The translations under genes and the position numbers were made by a program. Positions 41,131 to 50,711 of a stretch of DNA of 64,000 nt are shown here, one piece after another; the first letter of the stretch is position 1; each line of letters begins with the position of its first letter. This DNA comes from an uncultured beta proteobacterium. Lineage in GTDB: Bacteria; Pseudomonadota; Gammaproteobacteria; Burkholderiales; Casimicrobiaceae. Where the stretch lies: positions 35,983 through 99,982 of the forward strand of contig CAVUCJ010000010.1 of the NCBI GenBank assembly GCA_963739745.1, given 5' to 3'. The notes below the pieces were generated by a model. That model was not told where the DNA came from. It did not search any database and worked only from the letters and a program-made list of their open reading frames with translations.

Positions 41131-41634
41131 ATGGACAAGAACAGAGCAATACATTGTGCGACTGCCATTTCACTTGCGCTGGCGCTTTCGACTGCTTACG
41201 CAACGGGTGACTCCAAGACCTCGCCTAACGCGACTAATTCGAACGGCACCGAGGCGTCCAAACCGATGACAGGCAAGGAGAAGGCCACGGCGATTGGCGC
41301 TACGACTGGTGGCGTTGCGGGAGCAGTGGTCGGTGGACCTGTAGGCGCGGTTGTCGGCGCAGGCATCGGCGCTTACGTGGGCCACGAGGGCACGGATGCG
41401 TCGGGCAAGGTCACCAGCACTGATTCGCCGGACAAGGTGGCCAGCAACAGTGATTCGACGGTGCGCAGTGCGCAGGCCGCGCTGAACGACCGTGGCTATG
41501 ATGCGGGCCCGGTCGACGGAGTGTGGGGTCCCAACACGCAAGGCGCCGTTCGTCGCTTCCAGGCGGACCGCGGCCTTACTCAGAGTGGGATGCTCGACGG
41601 CGAAACCATCGCAGCGCTAGACATCAACCGCTGA
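41131..41634 (+). CDS. Secreted glycine-zipper plus peptidoglycan-binding-domain protein
   Basis: Signal peptide; GGVAGAVVGGPVGA; AQAALNDRGYDAGPVDGVWGPNT..AVRRFQ; GGAGA RBS. Confidence 0.85.
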   Translation: MDKNRAIHCATAISLALALSTAYATGDSKTSPNATNSNGTEASKPMTGKEKATAIGATTGGVAGAVVGGPVGAVVGAGIGAYVGHEGTDASGKVTSTDSPDKVASNSDSTVRSAQAALNDRGYDAGPVDGVWGPNTQGAVRRFQADRGLTQSGMLDGETIAALDINR

Positions 41635-42609
41635 TCGTTCGTCCAGCGACGGGGGCGTGACGGGTGCACCCTCCGTCGCGGGCGACGCACGCGCATTCGT
41701 CCGGCCACCGGCGCGCCGTTTAGAATCCGATACGCGTGCGCGACCGTAGCTAAGTGGGCCACATTGACCACTTCGCAGCAGAAGTCTTCCCATGAGGGCG
41801 ATCGCGAACAATCGAATCTTGGATTGTCCCAACCGATTCTTGTAGCGCCCAGGACGTTGGCAGATGCACTCAAATGGCCCAAGTATCAACTGCCCCTCAC
41901 CGAGGAGACTGCGCATTTACCCTAAGTCGACGGCGCCGCATCGGGATCGTCGACAGACGGCAAAACGTCAACGGCGCACCGACATCGCGATCGATGGCTC
42001 CATAGCGACACCTGAACGGGTTCCGGCCGTAGGACAGGGCGCAAATCTATCGCTCGGTCGCGCCGCACAGATTATGTTCTACATAGCTGATCATCGTAGT
42101 TCTTCAGCGATTTTAGCAGTTGCCACTACCCTGCGAAGCCGCGACTCGTGTACGAAAAGTTCGTGGTGTGCAAATGCCTGGGCTCGGAGTACAGGGTTTT
42201 GACCAGGCGCTGCGCGCGGCATTCGACCCTCGTTCGAACAGCGTTTCTTTTCTGCCGAAGTGGCAATTGACGAACACATGACTGTTCGCACCGCCCGCGA
42301 TCCTCCGGTGCGAAGGCGTGGGCAATCCGAAAACGGCGATCCCGCGGCATCGCGCCCCAGATCCTGCGCGACAGCTCCTTAGACGGGTCCGGATCCCGAT
42401 GCGGTGATAGCCCTGAGCGCACTCGCTGGATCAAGCCGAATGCTGCCATGATTGCGCGTCAGTCGGGGCGAACCTGCAGTTGGCGATCGCCGCTATTCGC
42501 GCGGGAGTCACCTACCTGTGCCGGCAGGTGTGGCACCTGCAAGGCGAGAGGCTCTGATTACGATTCTGAACATTGTAGGACCAGGCTATGATGTGCGCAG
42601 TGAGCGTAC

Positions 42610-42625
42610 GTAGGACAAGTCCGAC
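42610..42625. promoter_or_regulatory. Perfect-consensus operator GTAGGA-CAAG-TCCGAC
   Basis: 88 bp upstream of the sigma54 activator; TACGAT at 42671 (61 bp); extra half-site at 42575. Confidence 0.7.
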
Positions 42626-42712
42626 AGCCGTTTCCACAATGCGCCGATGCGGGTTTCGTATTGTCCCCACTACGATGGGCGCCATACGAAGAATCGTTTC
42701 GAGGGTGAGGCC

Positions 42713-43738
42713 ATGAACAACGAATCGACCGGGAACATCGTATCCCTGCCTTTCCTGGCCACGATACGAGCGGCATCCGCACCGGCGCGGGGGCACTTCG
42801 GACTATTATTCGGGGGCTCTGCCGTCATGCAGGAGGTCTACCGGAAGATCGAGAAGGTCGCGCCGACATTGGCAACCGTGCTCGTGACCGGCGAATCCGG
42901 CAGCGGAAAGGAAGTCGTGGCGCGCTCGATTCATGAACTGAGCGACCGCGCCCGGATGCCTTTCGTGCCCGTCAATTGTGGCGCAATTCCCGGCACGCTG
43001 ATCGAGGCGGAGCTGTTCGGCTACGAAAAGGGCGCATTCACAGGAGCGGCAAAGATGCATCGCGGATGCTTCGAGCGCGCTTGCGGTGGCACGCTCTTCC
43101 TCGACGAAATCACCGAAATGGCGCCGGAGATGCAGGTGCGCCTGCTCCGGATTCTCGAAAGCGGGCGCTTCGCGCGCGTTGGTGGGGAGGAGGAAATAAC
43201 CACGCGGGTCCGGGTGATCGCTGCAACCAACCGTGATCCGAGGCAGGCGGTACAGGACGGGCAGCTGCGAGAGGACCTCATGTATCGCCTTGCCGTATTC
43301 CCGATCGCCCTGCCGTCGTTGCGCGAGCGCGATGGCGACGTCGAACTGCTGGCCGAATACTTTCTCCGGCAACACAACGAAAGCGAAGGTACGGCGCTTG
43401 CATTTTCGCGGCAGGCCATCGCGACCCTGCGCACGTATCACTGGCCGGGAAACGTGAGGGAACTAAAGAATGCGGTACAGCGCGCGTTCATCCTGGCGGA
43501 CAGTGAAGTCGAGATGAACTTCGCCATCGTCGACTCCACGGTGCCGACCGGCGATTGCCTGCGCGTACCGGTAGGCACGCCGCTCGCCGACATCGAGCGG
43601 CAGGCAATCCATGCGACGCTCGACCTGTGCGAGGGAAACAAGCGACGCTGCGCGGAGATGCTCGGCGTCAGCCTCAAGACGCTCTATAACCGCCTCGCTG
43701 AATACCAATCCGTCGCTGCAAGGATCGCCACGATCTAG
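42713..43738 (+). CDS. sigma54-dependent enhancer-binding protein with no N-terminal sensory domain
   Basis: GESGSGKE Walker A, GAFTGA, LFLDEI, WPGNVREL and Fis-type HTH. Confidence 0.93.
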   Translation: MNNESTGNIVSLPFLATIRAASAPARGHFGLLFGGSAVMQEVYRKIEKVAPTLATVLVTGESGSGKEVVARSIHELSDRARMPFVPVNCGAIPGTLIEAELFGYEKGAFTGAAKMHRGCFERACGGTLFLDEITEMAPEMQVRLLRILESGRFARVGGEEEITTRVRVIAATNRDPRQAVQDGQLREDLMYRLAVFPIALPSLRERDGDVELLAEYFLRQHNESEGTALAFSRQAIATLRTYHWPGNVRELKNAVQRAFILADSEVEMNFAIVDSTVPTGDCLRVPVGTPLADIERQAIHATLDLCEGNKRRCAEMLGVSLKTLYNRLAEYQSVAARIATI

Positions 43739-43776
43739 TCCCCGCCAGTCCCCCATGACCCTAGGACCCCACGACC

Positions 43777-44409
43777 ATGATCCGCATCCTGATTGCCGAC
43801 GATCACGCTATCGTGCGCGCAGGTCTCACGCAATTCATCTCGGACCAACCGGACATGCAGATTGCCGGTGAAGCCGCGACCGGCAGCGAAGCGATCGCGT
43901 TGATCCGGGCCCACGAATTCGACGTCGTCCTGCTCGATATCTCGATGCCGGACAAGAACGGCATCGATACGCTCAAGACGGTAAAGCAGGTTCGGCCGGA
44001 ATTGCCGGTCCTGATGCTATCTGGGTACGCCGAGGATCAATATGCGGTAAACCTTCTGCGCGCCGGCGCCGCAGGCTACCTCAACAAGGAGGCCGCTTCC
44101 ACGCAACTGGTCGCAGCGATTCGCACGGTGGTGCGCGGCCGCAAGTTCGTGAGCCCGGCGCTGGCGCAGATCCTGGCCGACGGCGTTACCGGCGACGCCG
44201 GTTGCCCGCTGCATGGTGAGTTATCGCAGCGTGAATTCCAGATCTTCTGCAAGATCGCCGCCGGGTCTGCGGTGTCCAAAATCGCCGATGAATTGCACCT
44301 TTCGGTCAAGACGGTCAGCACGTACCGGACGCGGGTGCTCGAAAAAATGGGAATGAAGTCGAACGCGGATCTCACATACTACGCCATTAAGAATGGGCTG
44401 ATCGATTGA
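43777..44409 (+). CDS. NarL/GacA(UvrY)-type response regulator (REC plus LuxR HTH)
   Basis: IADDH, LLDISMP and LSVKTVSTYRTR motifs. Confidence 0.93.
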   Translation: MIRILIADDHAIVRAGLTQFISDQPDMQIAGEAATGSEAIALIRAHEFDVVLLDISMPDKNGIDTLKTVKQVRPELPVLMLSGYAEDQYAVNLLRAGAAGYLNKEAASTQLVAAIRTVVRGRKFVSPALAQILADGVTGDAGCPLHGELSQREFQIFCKIAAGSAVSKIADELHLSVKTVSTYRTRVLEKMGMKSNADLTYYAIKNGLID

Positions 44410-44580
44410 TCGCCCGGCAGACGGTTGGCCGGCAACCGCCTTCATAGACGCATGCACAGCAAGAAATCGGACAAACGCTGACATCCAAGCGGAGGCGCCG
44501 GTGCTACCGTGGGTCACGTATCGACGCGTTTCGCATCGTGGTCGCAAAGACATTCCATTCCGACGCCAATGCGCATTCAA

Positions 44581-45033
44581 ATGACCAACTCTCAATCCGG
44601 CAGCGACGCTCCCCAGGCTTTCGGGCAGCTGGGAAGCTCCACCAAGCTGCGTGTGGTGATCGTCGAGGATTCGCCGATCATTCGCGCGCGCCTGGCCGAA
44701 TCGTTGGCCGAGATTCCGAACGTCGAGATCGTCGGCGAGGCGACGACAGAAGCGGACGCACTCGCGCTCATGCGTCACTCGAGGTGGGATGCCGCGGTGC
44801 TCGATCTGCAGCTCAAGCAAGGGACCGGGCTGGGTGTGCTGAAGGCGCTGTCCGAGAATGCGCGGCCGGCGAGCACCAAGATCATCGTCTTCACCAACTA
44901 TTCCTTTCCCCAGTACCGCGATCGAAGCCTCCTGCTGGGCGCCGACTATTTCTTCGACAAGGCGCGCGAATTAAACCGTGTTCGCGAGGTGCTGCAGAAA
45001 CTCGCCGCCGGCGGCGCGGCGGCTTCGCATTGA
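44581..45033 (+). CDS. Stand-alone receiver-domain protein
   Basis: VEDS, VLDLQL (phospho-Asp), FTN and FFDK; start could be 44569. Confidence 0.88.
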   Translation: MTNSQSGSDAPQAFGQLGSSTKLRVVIVEDSPIIRARLAESLAEIPNVEIVGEATTEADALALMRHSRWDAAVLDLQLKQGTGLGVLKALSENARPASTKIIVFTNYSFPQYRDRSLLLGADYFFDKARELNRVREVLQKLAAGGAAASH

Positions 45034-45145
45034 CCTTGGTGGTCGTGCGAGGGGTGCTGCTGCTGCGATGTACGTCCCATCGGTGCCTGGCGGCGGAATG
45101 CGTTATCGTCGACAGGGGCCGACTTCGCCGAGCCCTGATCGCGGG

Positions 45146-45161
45146 GTTGGACAAACCCTAC
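45146..45161. promoter_or_regulatory. Operator copy GTTGGA-CAAA-CCCTAC
   Basis: 2 mismatches; upstream of the entericidin gene. Confidence 0.5.
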
Positions 45162-45252
45162 GTTAGGCGCAGGACCGGGGGTGCGGCGCGTGGAAGCTGA
45201 CGGATCCGGCCGGATGGCGGCTGCAACCATTTGAATCGCACGGAATATTGGC

Positions 45253-45268
45253 AGGCATGCTCCGTGCA
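45253..45268 (+). promoter_or_regulatory. Candidate sigma54 promoter AGGCATGCTCCGTGCA
   Basis: GG-N10-GC, about 60 bp upstream of ATG 45327. Confidence 0.4.
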
Positions 45269-45326
45269 GAATGAAGCGCGCGGTTGTCTATCCCATTTGA
45301 ACCTCGAACGACCGGAAGTAACGCAG

Positions 45327-45469
45327 ATGAAAACTGTGCTCGTTGCGCTGTTGGGCCTGTCGATAATTTCGTCATCCGCATATGTAACACCGTCGAAGGG
45401 ATGGGCCAGGATGTGAAAGCCACTGACAGCGCCGTCGAAAGGGCGGCCGACAAGACGAAGCCCAACTAG
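45327..45469 (+). pseudogene. Entericidin A/B-type lipoprotein, frameshifted
   Basis: Signal MKTVLVALLGLSIISSSA and mature CNTVEGMGQDVK are in different frames (gca ta tgt aac). Confidence 0.75.
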
Positions 45470-45595
45470 ATCTGCCGCGCGGAATGAATGCTCCGGGGAA
45501 GCGTTTCAGCGTTCCTGGGCCCCCGTGACCGTTCGACCACGTCTCGCGTGACGGCGGGACCCGTTGTGCGTTTCAATTGATAGCACAGGTGAAAA

Positions 45596-46114
45596 ATGAC
45601 ATTGACCGATGAAGTCAGACTGCTCCTGGAGGCCCCGACGATGAATGCAAGGGATGTGCGAACACTGCTGCGGCAGGATCATGAGGAGGCGCTGCAGCTC
45701 GCACGCGACATGTACGAATCGGAGAGCGGCGAAGAACGGCGTGCGCTGCTGCGTCAATTGCGGCCGGCGCTAATCGCGCATTCACGGGCGGAAGAGAAGG
45801 AAGTTTACGACGCGCTGATACGCGGCAAGGTCTCCGTTGAAGCGCAGGAAATCGTCTATGAAGGGTACGTGGAGCATGGCGTGCTCGACGACCTGCTCGA
45901 GAAGCTGGCGCGCAGTCGGAAGTCTGAGTCGGAAGAGTGGAAGGCGCATGCCCGGGTGTTGCTCAGATTCCTGGAGCGCCACATCGAGGAAGAGCAGGTA
46001 CGGATGTTCGACGCGCTGGTCGAATTCTTCGACGACGAACAGCGCGAAACTCTGGGACGCCGGTTCGGCGCGGTCAAGGCACGCTGGGCTGCGATGCGGG
46101 CCAAGGCGGCCTGA
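45596..46114 (+). CDS. Hemerythrin/HHE cation-binding domain protein
   Basis: LRQDHEE, AHSRAEEKEVY, EHGVLD and RHIEEEQ motifs. Confidence 0.85.
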   Translation: MTLTDEVRLLLEAPTMNARDVRTLLRQDHEEALQLARDMYESESGEERRALLRQLRPALIAHSRAEEKEVYDALIRGKVSVEAQEIVYEGYVEHGVLDDLLEKLARSRKSESEEWKAHARVLLRFLERHIEEEQVRMFDALVEFFDDEQRETLGRRFGAVKARWAAMRAKAA

Positions 46115-46194
46115 TCAGCAAGTCGCTTGCAGCATGTCGCCCAAGTGAATACGGGCCGGGTGCGTCCCGGCCCGAATCATGTCCGGGGCGCGGG

Positions 46195-46557
46195 CTAGCG
46201 CAGCAGACGCCCGGCGAAATAGCCAAGCACCATCGCTCCCGCTACCGAAGCAAGCGGGCGGGCGCGAACAAATCCGGCGCATGACTCCTTCACTTCGGTC
46301 GATCGGGCCGCAACCTGGCGGGAATTTTGGGTCGCCCAATCGACGGCCGGTGCTGCGCTGTCGGCCACCTTGTCGATCGTGCGATGTGCGGTTGACGACG
46401 CGTGTTCGATCGCCGGCGTCGCCTTGGTGGCGAGCCGATCGACGACCTGGTGCGCGCGGTCGGCAATGCCTGACAACGGGTTGCGATTGCCGGAGGATGA
46501 CGGCAAGGCCGGTGCCGGTGGATTGACGCTGGAGGTGCTGGTCGCGGATGTATTCAT
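46195..46557 (-). CDS. ElaB/YqjD(DUF883)-like tail-anchored protein
   Basis: Helical repeats ending in FVRARPLASVAGAMVLGYFAGRLLR; GGAGA RBS. Confidence 0.7.
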   Translation of the reverse strand: MNTSATSTSSVNPPAPALPSSSGNRNPLSGIADRAHQVVDRLATKATPAIEHASSTAHRTIDKVADSAAPAVDWATQNSRQVAARSTEVKESCAGFVRARPLASVAGAMVLGYFAGRLLR

Positions 46558-46690
46558 GGCGGAGTCTCCTGGAGTCGGATTCGCTTGCTCGTGCCGAATT
46601 GCCGAGCGCAATTGCATTGTCCTGCGTTTCGCCGGGTACAGAGAAGCCGCGACTCGCCCATTCGGCGCGTCGGTGCGGCGGCAATACTGT

Positions 46691-46706
46691 GTCGGAATCG
46701 GCTGAC
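46691..46706. promoter_or_regulatory. Operator copy (T)GTCGGA-ATCG-GCTGAC(A)
   Basis: 1 mismatch; 134 bp upstream of 46557 (minus strand). Confidence 0.55.
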
Positions 46707-46749
46707 AACACGCCGCGACTTCCCTGAACGCAGGCATTCCGCACGCTCG

Positions 46750-47739
46750 CTACTGGTGTCTGCCCTCGTCGTTCAGCCTGGCGATCAACTTTGCGCTGCG
46801 AAGGAAGTCCGCCTCGACGTAGTCCTTGGCAGCGGAGCCCGACAGACCGAGAAAATTGAGCCCGGCGCCACGCAAGCCTTGAGCGTAACGGGCTTCGGTG
46901 AGCAGCACCGCCACTGCGGACGCGAACCGCGAATACGTCGTTGGAGAGCCCCTGGGCAACACGAGTCCGAGCCAGCCGTCGAAGGACTGATGCCACAACT
47001 CGCCAAAGGACGGCACCTCGGGCAGTGAGTCCACCCTCATGGCCGAAGTGACCGCGATGATGCGCTGACCGGTGCGCGGCAACTTGACTAGGGCGCTGGG
47101 GAGCCCGTCGAAGAGCATGTCCAGATCGCCCTGGGCCAGCATCTCATAACCGACATCCGGGGTGTCGAGCGTCACGTGCGAGATGTGCGCGTTCTGCTCG
47201 AGGCGCAGATAGGCACCTGCCAGGTGGCCCGCGGTCCCGGTACCGTAGGTCCCGTATTTGCTCGGGGGATCGGCGGTGCGTGCGGCCGCCAGCCATTCCT
47301 CGACGGTCGTGTGGTTGGACCGGGTCGAAAGCACCATCGCATTGGGGTAGGAGCCTAGGATGGCGAGCCAGTCGAAGTCCTCGATCGGGTTAAATTGTGC
47401 ATTGCGCGAGAGCAACTTGCCTGCGACGAGCGAAGAACTGTCAGTTAGCCCGAGGACGGAACCGTCGCGGGGAGCCGCGGCCATTGCATTGATGGCGTTG
47501 ACGCCGCCATTGCCCTCGACATTGCGGACCCGGACCGGCACCGCCAGGATTCCGGAAAGCGCGTCGGCGACCAGCCGCCCGATCGCGTCGCTTGTGTCGC
47601 CAGGAGGCGCGGGTACGATCAGTGTGAGGGCCACCTGCGACGCGGGCTGCGCATCCGCAAGACGTCCGGCGGCAAGGGCTGCTATCGCGGCCAGCAACCG
47701 CCGGCGGCGTAGCGAAAACGAGGACGCAATGGGGGACAC
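46750..47739 (-). CDS. Bug/TctC tripartite tricarboxylate transporter substrate-binding protein
   Basis: RRRRLL Tat-like signal; IVPAPPG.TSD.IGR, V.NVEGNGG and GTAGHL motifs; GTG start assumed. Confidence 0.85.
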   Translation of the reverse strand: MSPIASSFSLRRRRLLAAIAALAAGRLADAQPASQVALTLIVPAPPGDTSDAIGRLVADALSGILAVPVRVRNVEGNGGVNAINAMAAAPRDGSVLGLTDSSSLVAGKLLSRNAQFNPIEDFDWLAILGSYPNAMVLSTRSNHTTVEEWLAAARTADPPSKYGTYGTGTAGHLAGAYLRLEQNAHISHVTLDTPDVGYEMLAQGDLDMLFDGLPSALVKLPRTGQRIIAVTSAMRVDSLPEVPSFGELWHQSFDGWLGLVLPRGSPTTYSRFASAVAVLLTEARYAQGLRGAGLNFLGLSGSAAKDYVEADFLRSAKLIARLNDEGRHQ

Positions 47740-48036
47740 GACGATATCCTGCCTGCGGCTCGCGTGGGGGGTGGAGGGATTGTACGTTGGTGAACTGGTT
47801 CCAACAACTCGCGCGCGGCGAACGCGGCTTACGCCGCCTGCCGCGGCCGGTGATCGCCGATCCCACCCCCGACCACAGCGGATGGCGTTCCTACATCGCA
47901 GCATGAAGTAGGACGAACATCGACAAGCGTATTGTCAATGCGCTGATTGGACGGGGGCGACGATTGGGGCAAGGTCGTGTGCGTGTGATCCCTGAGGCGT
48001 TGTGGTCACGGCGGCCCCCAAAAAGAGGTAGCACCG

Positions 48037-48204
48037 ATGCTTCGATTCGCGGTTATATTCTTCATCATTGCCATCGTCGCGGCGCTGTTCGGATTCGGAG
48101 GCGTTGCGGCGGGCGCCACCGAGATTGCGAAGATACTGTTCTTCGTGTTCCTGGTCCTGTTCATCGTTTCGCTCGTTGCCGGCCTGCTGAAGCGCGGGCC
48201 CTGA
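48037..48204 (+). CDS. DUF1328 small membrane protein (55 aa)
   Basis: [36 protein letters not shown]; not in the ORF track. Confidence 0.9.
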   Translation: MLRFAVIFFIIAIVAALFGFGGVAAGATEIAKILFFVFLVLFIVSLVAGLLKRGP

Positions 48205-48254
48205 CGCTGCGAGGGACGTATCCCCTCATGCTGCGAGGGTCGTCTCGTCCGAGA

Positions 48255-49658
48255 CTAGGACGTGACCGGTGGAGTCGTGGGTGATGTCGCCGTCGTCGGC
48301 CGCGCGCGGATGGGAACGTTGACCTCGATGATGGTGCCACGCTCGACGCCCCGGGAGATAGCGAACTCGCCCTCCAACGCACGCACGCGCTGGCGCATTC
48401 CGGCGATGCCGTGTGAAAGTTTGTTGTCCTGCGCAACATCCGGAATCCCGATGCCGTCGTCCTCGATAAGCAGCGTCACCGTGTCCGCGGTCAGGCCGAG
48501 ATCGACGCTGACGTGACTGGCGCGCGCGTACTTGACGATGTTGGTCAGCGCCTCCTGCAAGATCCGATAGAGGGCAATCGACACCTGCGGCGCGATCACG
48601 CTGTCGTCCTTCGGTGTCGCGATCACGCAATCAAGCCCGGCGCGGTCGCAGATTTCGTGAACCTGCCAGTCGAGCGCCGCGGACAGTCCCAGGTTGTCGA
48701 GGAGCGTGGGGCGTAGCTCCTCGATGATGCGGCGCTTGATCTGGACTCCGTCATCCAGCGCCTTGACCGCCCGTTCGAGCTTGGCGGAGAACTCAGGATC
48801 GCGCTTGCGCATGCGCTCCTCGACCCATGCAACGTCCATCTTGGCGCTGACCAGGATGCCGCCCAGCTCGTCGTGAAGGTCCCGGGCGAGCTTCGACTTC
48901 TCGTCCTCGCGCACGACCTGCAGATGATTAGACAGCTCGGTCAATGCCGCAGTGCGCTCCTCGACGACCACTTCGAGCCGTCGCTTGTCCTCCGCTATGC
49001 TGCGCCGGCGCGCCTCGCGCTCTCGCGCGTCGTGCCGCGCGAGCAGCCACACGATGAGCAGCAATGCCACGGTGAACGACGTCATGATCTGCATGCTGAG
49101 GCGTGCGAATGCGATATCCGCCGCCCACTGGTTGGCCGCCGTCTCCAGCCGCCGTTGACTCGTCATGACCATGTCTGCGACCTGCGTGCGGATGTCATCC
49201 ATTGCCCGCTGGCCGATGCCGGTGTCAACCAGCGCCTGTGCGGCCTGCATGCCGTCGCGCTTGAACAGCGCGATCGCTGCCTCGAGCTCGGAGAGCTTCT
49301 TGCCGACGAGCTGACTGACACGCGCAAATCCGGTGCGCTGAGTGGGTGTTCCGCTGGCGACGAGCAATTCGCGCAACCGGCCCAGCGATTCGTCGACCTT
49401 GGGCAGCGCGCTCAGGTATGGTGCCAGGTACTCAGACTTACCCGTAAGTAGGTAGCCCCGCTCGCCGGTTTCGGCATCGACGATCAGTGCGAGCACTTCA
49501 CGCAGCGTCGCCTGCAGGTTCAACGTCACCGCCATCTGCCGATTGGCAAGCTCGAGGCGGCGGTAGCCGAGTTCGGCGTAAACAGCGATCGCGATTGACG
49601 CGATGATCCCCAGGAGCAGCGGGGCGACCACCTTCAACGGGAGTGGCGATTTCTTCAC
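48255..49658 (-). CDS. CHASE3-domain sensor histidine kinase (HisKA_3)
   Basis: TM-CHASE3 (DAETGERGYLLTG)-TM, LARDLHDELG, QEALTNIVKY and DDGIG motifs. Confidence 0.92.
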   Translation of the reverse strand: MKKSPLPLKVVAPLLLGIIASIAIAVYAELGYRRLELANRQMAVTLNLQATLREVLALIVDAETGERGYLLTGKSEYLAPYLSALPKVDESLGRLRELLVASGTPTQRTGFARVSQLVGKKLSELEAAIALFKRDGMQAAQALVDTGIGQRAMDDIRTQVADMVMTSQRRLETAANQWAADIAFARLSMQIMTSFTVALLLIVWLLARHDAREREARRRSIAEDKRRLEVVVEERTAALTELSNHLQVVREDEKSKLARDLHDELGGILVSAKMDVAWVEERMRKRDPEFSAKLERAVKALDDGVQIKRRIIEELRPTLLDNLGLSAALDWQVHEICDRAGLDCVIATPKDDSVIAPQVSIALYRILQEALTNIVKYARASHVSVDLGLTADTVTLLIEDDGIGIPDVAQDNKLSHGIAGMRQRVRALEGEFAISRGVERGTIIEVNVPIRARPTTATSPTTPPVTS

Positions 49659-49817
49659 CGGCGATGCCTGATCCGCAAGGCTGTGATGTCCGGACTATAC
49701 GCAACAGGAGGCGACCGCTCAATGACACGGCAGTCGCGAGTGCTGGAAGGCAGGGCGCTAGGCGCGCAGGCGGGCTCGGCGCCCGGAGCGCGTGCAATGT
49801 CCTTCGAAATTTCTCCG

Positions 49818-50030
49818 CTACCGGCCCCGCGCGGAACGGCGCGGTACCTGCGACGAGGCGATGCTCGCAAGTTGCGGCTCGATTGCGCCGCCTTCGTTTT
49901 CCCAGGTCTCGACCTGTCTGCGCGGTCCGCGCGTCCTCCATGCGGCGCGTCGCTCCAGCCATTGCTTGACGCCCCAGGAAACAGCCGTCGTGACGGCTGC
50001 GACCAGCGTGGCGGTGACGATGCGATTCAT
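49818..50030 (-). CDS. Small hypothetical protein with a WENEGG motif
   Basis: N-terminal hydrophobic helix; GGAGGG RBS. Confidence 0.6.
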   Translation of the reverse strand: MNRIVTATLVAAVTTAVSWGVKQWLERRAAWRTRGPRRQVETWENEGGAIEPQLASIASSQVPRRSARGR

Positions 50031-50051
50031 GGCGCCCTCCAGTGTAACGCG

Positions 50052-50390
50052 CTAACGCCTGGCTGGTGCGTCGAGCGAAGTCGACGAGTGGTTGTTGGCC
50101 TGCCCGGGCTTGGGCATCGACTTGGACTCCTCGCTCGGTGTCATGGCCTCATGGGGCTGGGTCGCGGGGCTGTCTTTGGCGGTTTCGGCGGCAGTGCTGT
50201 CCTTGGGAGACTCGGCGGCGCCGCTTCCCGCCGTCGAGGGCATCTGCGACGGTGTGCTCGGTGCGGCGACCACCGGTGGTGTGGCGGGAGGAGACGTCAC
50301 CTGGGCCGCTTGCCTTGACTTGTCTTCGCCGCAGGCGCCGAGCATGAGGCAGGTGGTGAGGGATGCAGCGATCATTAGAATGTACTTCAT
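50052..50390 (-). CDS. Small low-complexity lipoprotein
   Basis: MKYILMIAASLTTCLMLGAC lipobox; CAGGAG RBS. Confidence 0.7.
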   Translation of the reverse strand: MKYILMIAASLTTCLMLGACGEDKSRQAAQVTSPPATPPVVAAPSTPSQMPSTAGSGAAESPKDSTAAETAKDSPATQPHEAMTPSEESKSMPKPGQANNHSSTSLDAPARR

Positions 50391-50506
50391 CGGGTTCTCC
50401 TGGTTGTCGTCGCCGCCGACAGCCCGCCTGGAGCTATCGCGAACGGTTGGCTGCAATCCTGGAATTTCTGGGCAGCCGAGCCCATCCGTGCGTGTCGGAA
50501 GCGGCT

Positions 50507-50522
50507 GTAGGACCATTCCGAC
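50507..50522. promoter_or_regulatory. Perfect-consensus operator GTAGGA-CCAT-TCCGAC
   Basis: Divergent intergenic region; minus-strand CAGGAT at 50461 (61 bp); extra half-site GTCGGA at 50494. Confidence 0.7.
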
Positions 50523-50638
50523 CACCGTGCGCGAAACTGCAAGTGGAAGGTTGCACAATTGCGACCCAGGTTTCGGCACCGATACCGATGTCGGGGCCAA
50601 GACGCTGAATCCGAAGCAAATTCACATCCGTTTCGCGA

Positions 50639-50654
50639 TGGCATGGCGCGTGCA
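50639..50654 (+). promoter_or_regulatory. Candidate sigma54 promoter TGGCATGGCGCGTGCA
   Basis: GG-N10-GC, about 60 bp upstream of DUF1328 and the bacterioferritin-like gene. Confidence 0.55.
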
Positions 50655-50711
50655 AGGTTGGGGATAGCCCGGTAAGCACGGGCAACCGATCCACTCATCA
50701 GGAGTCAAGCC

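Noticed and set aside
42113-42449. Overlapping minus-strand ORFs read as an intact TetR regulator
   Set aside because: The resemblance covers only about 20 residues and no continuous frame exists.
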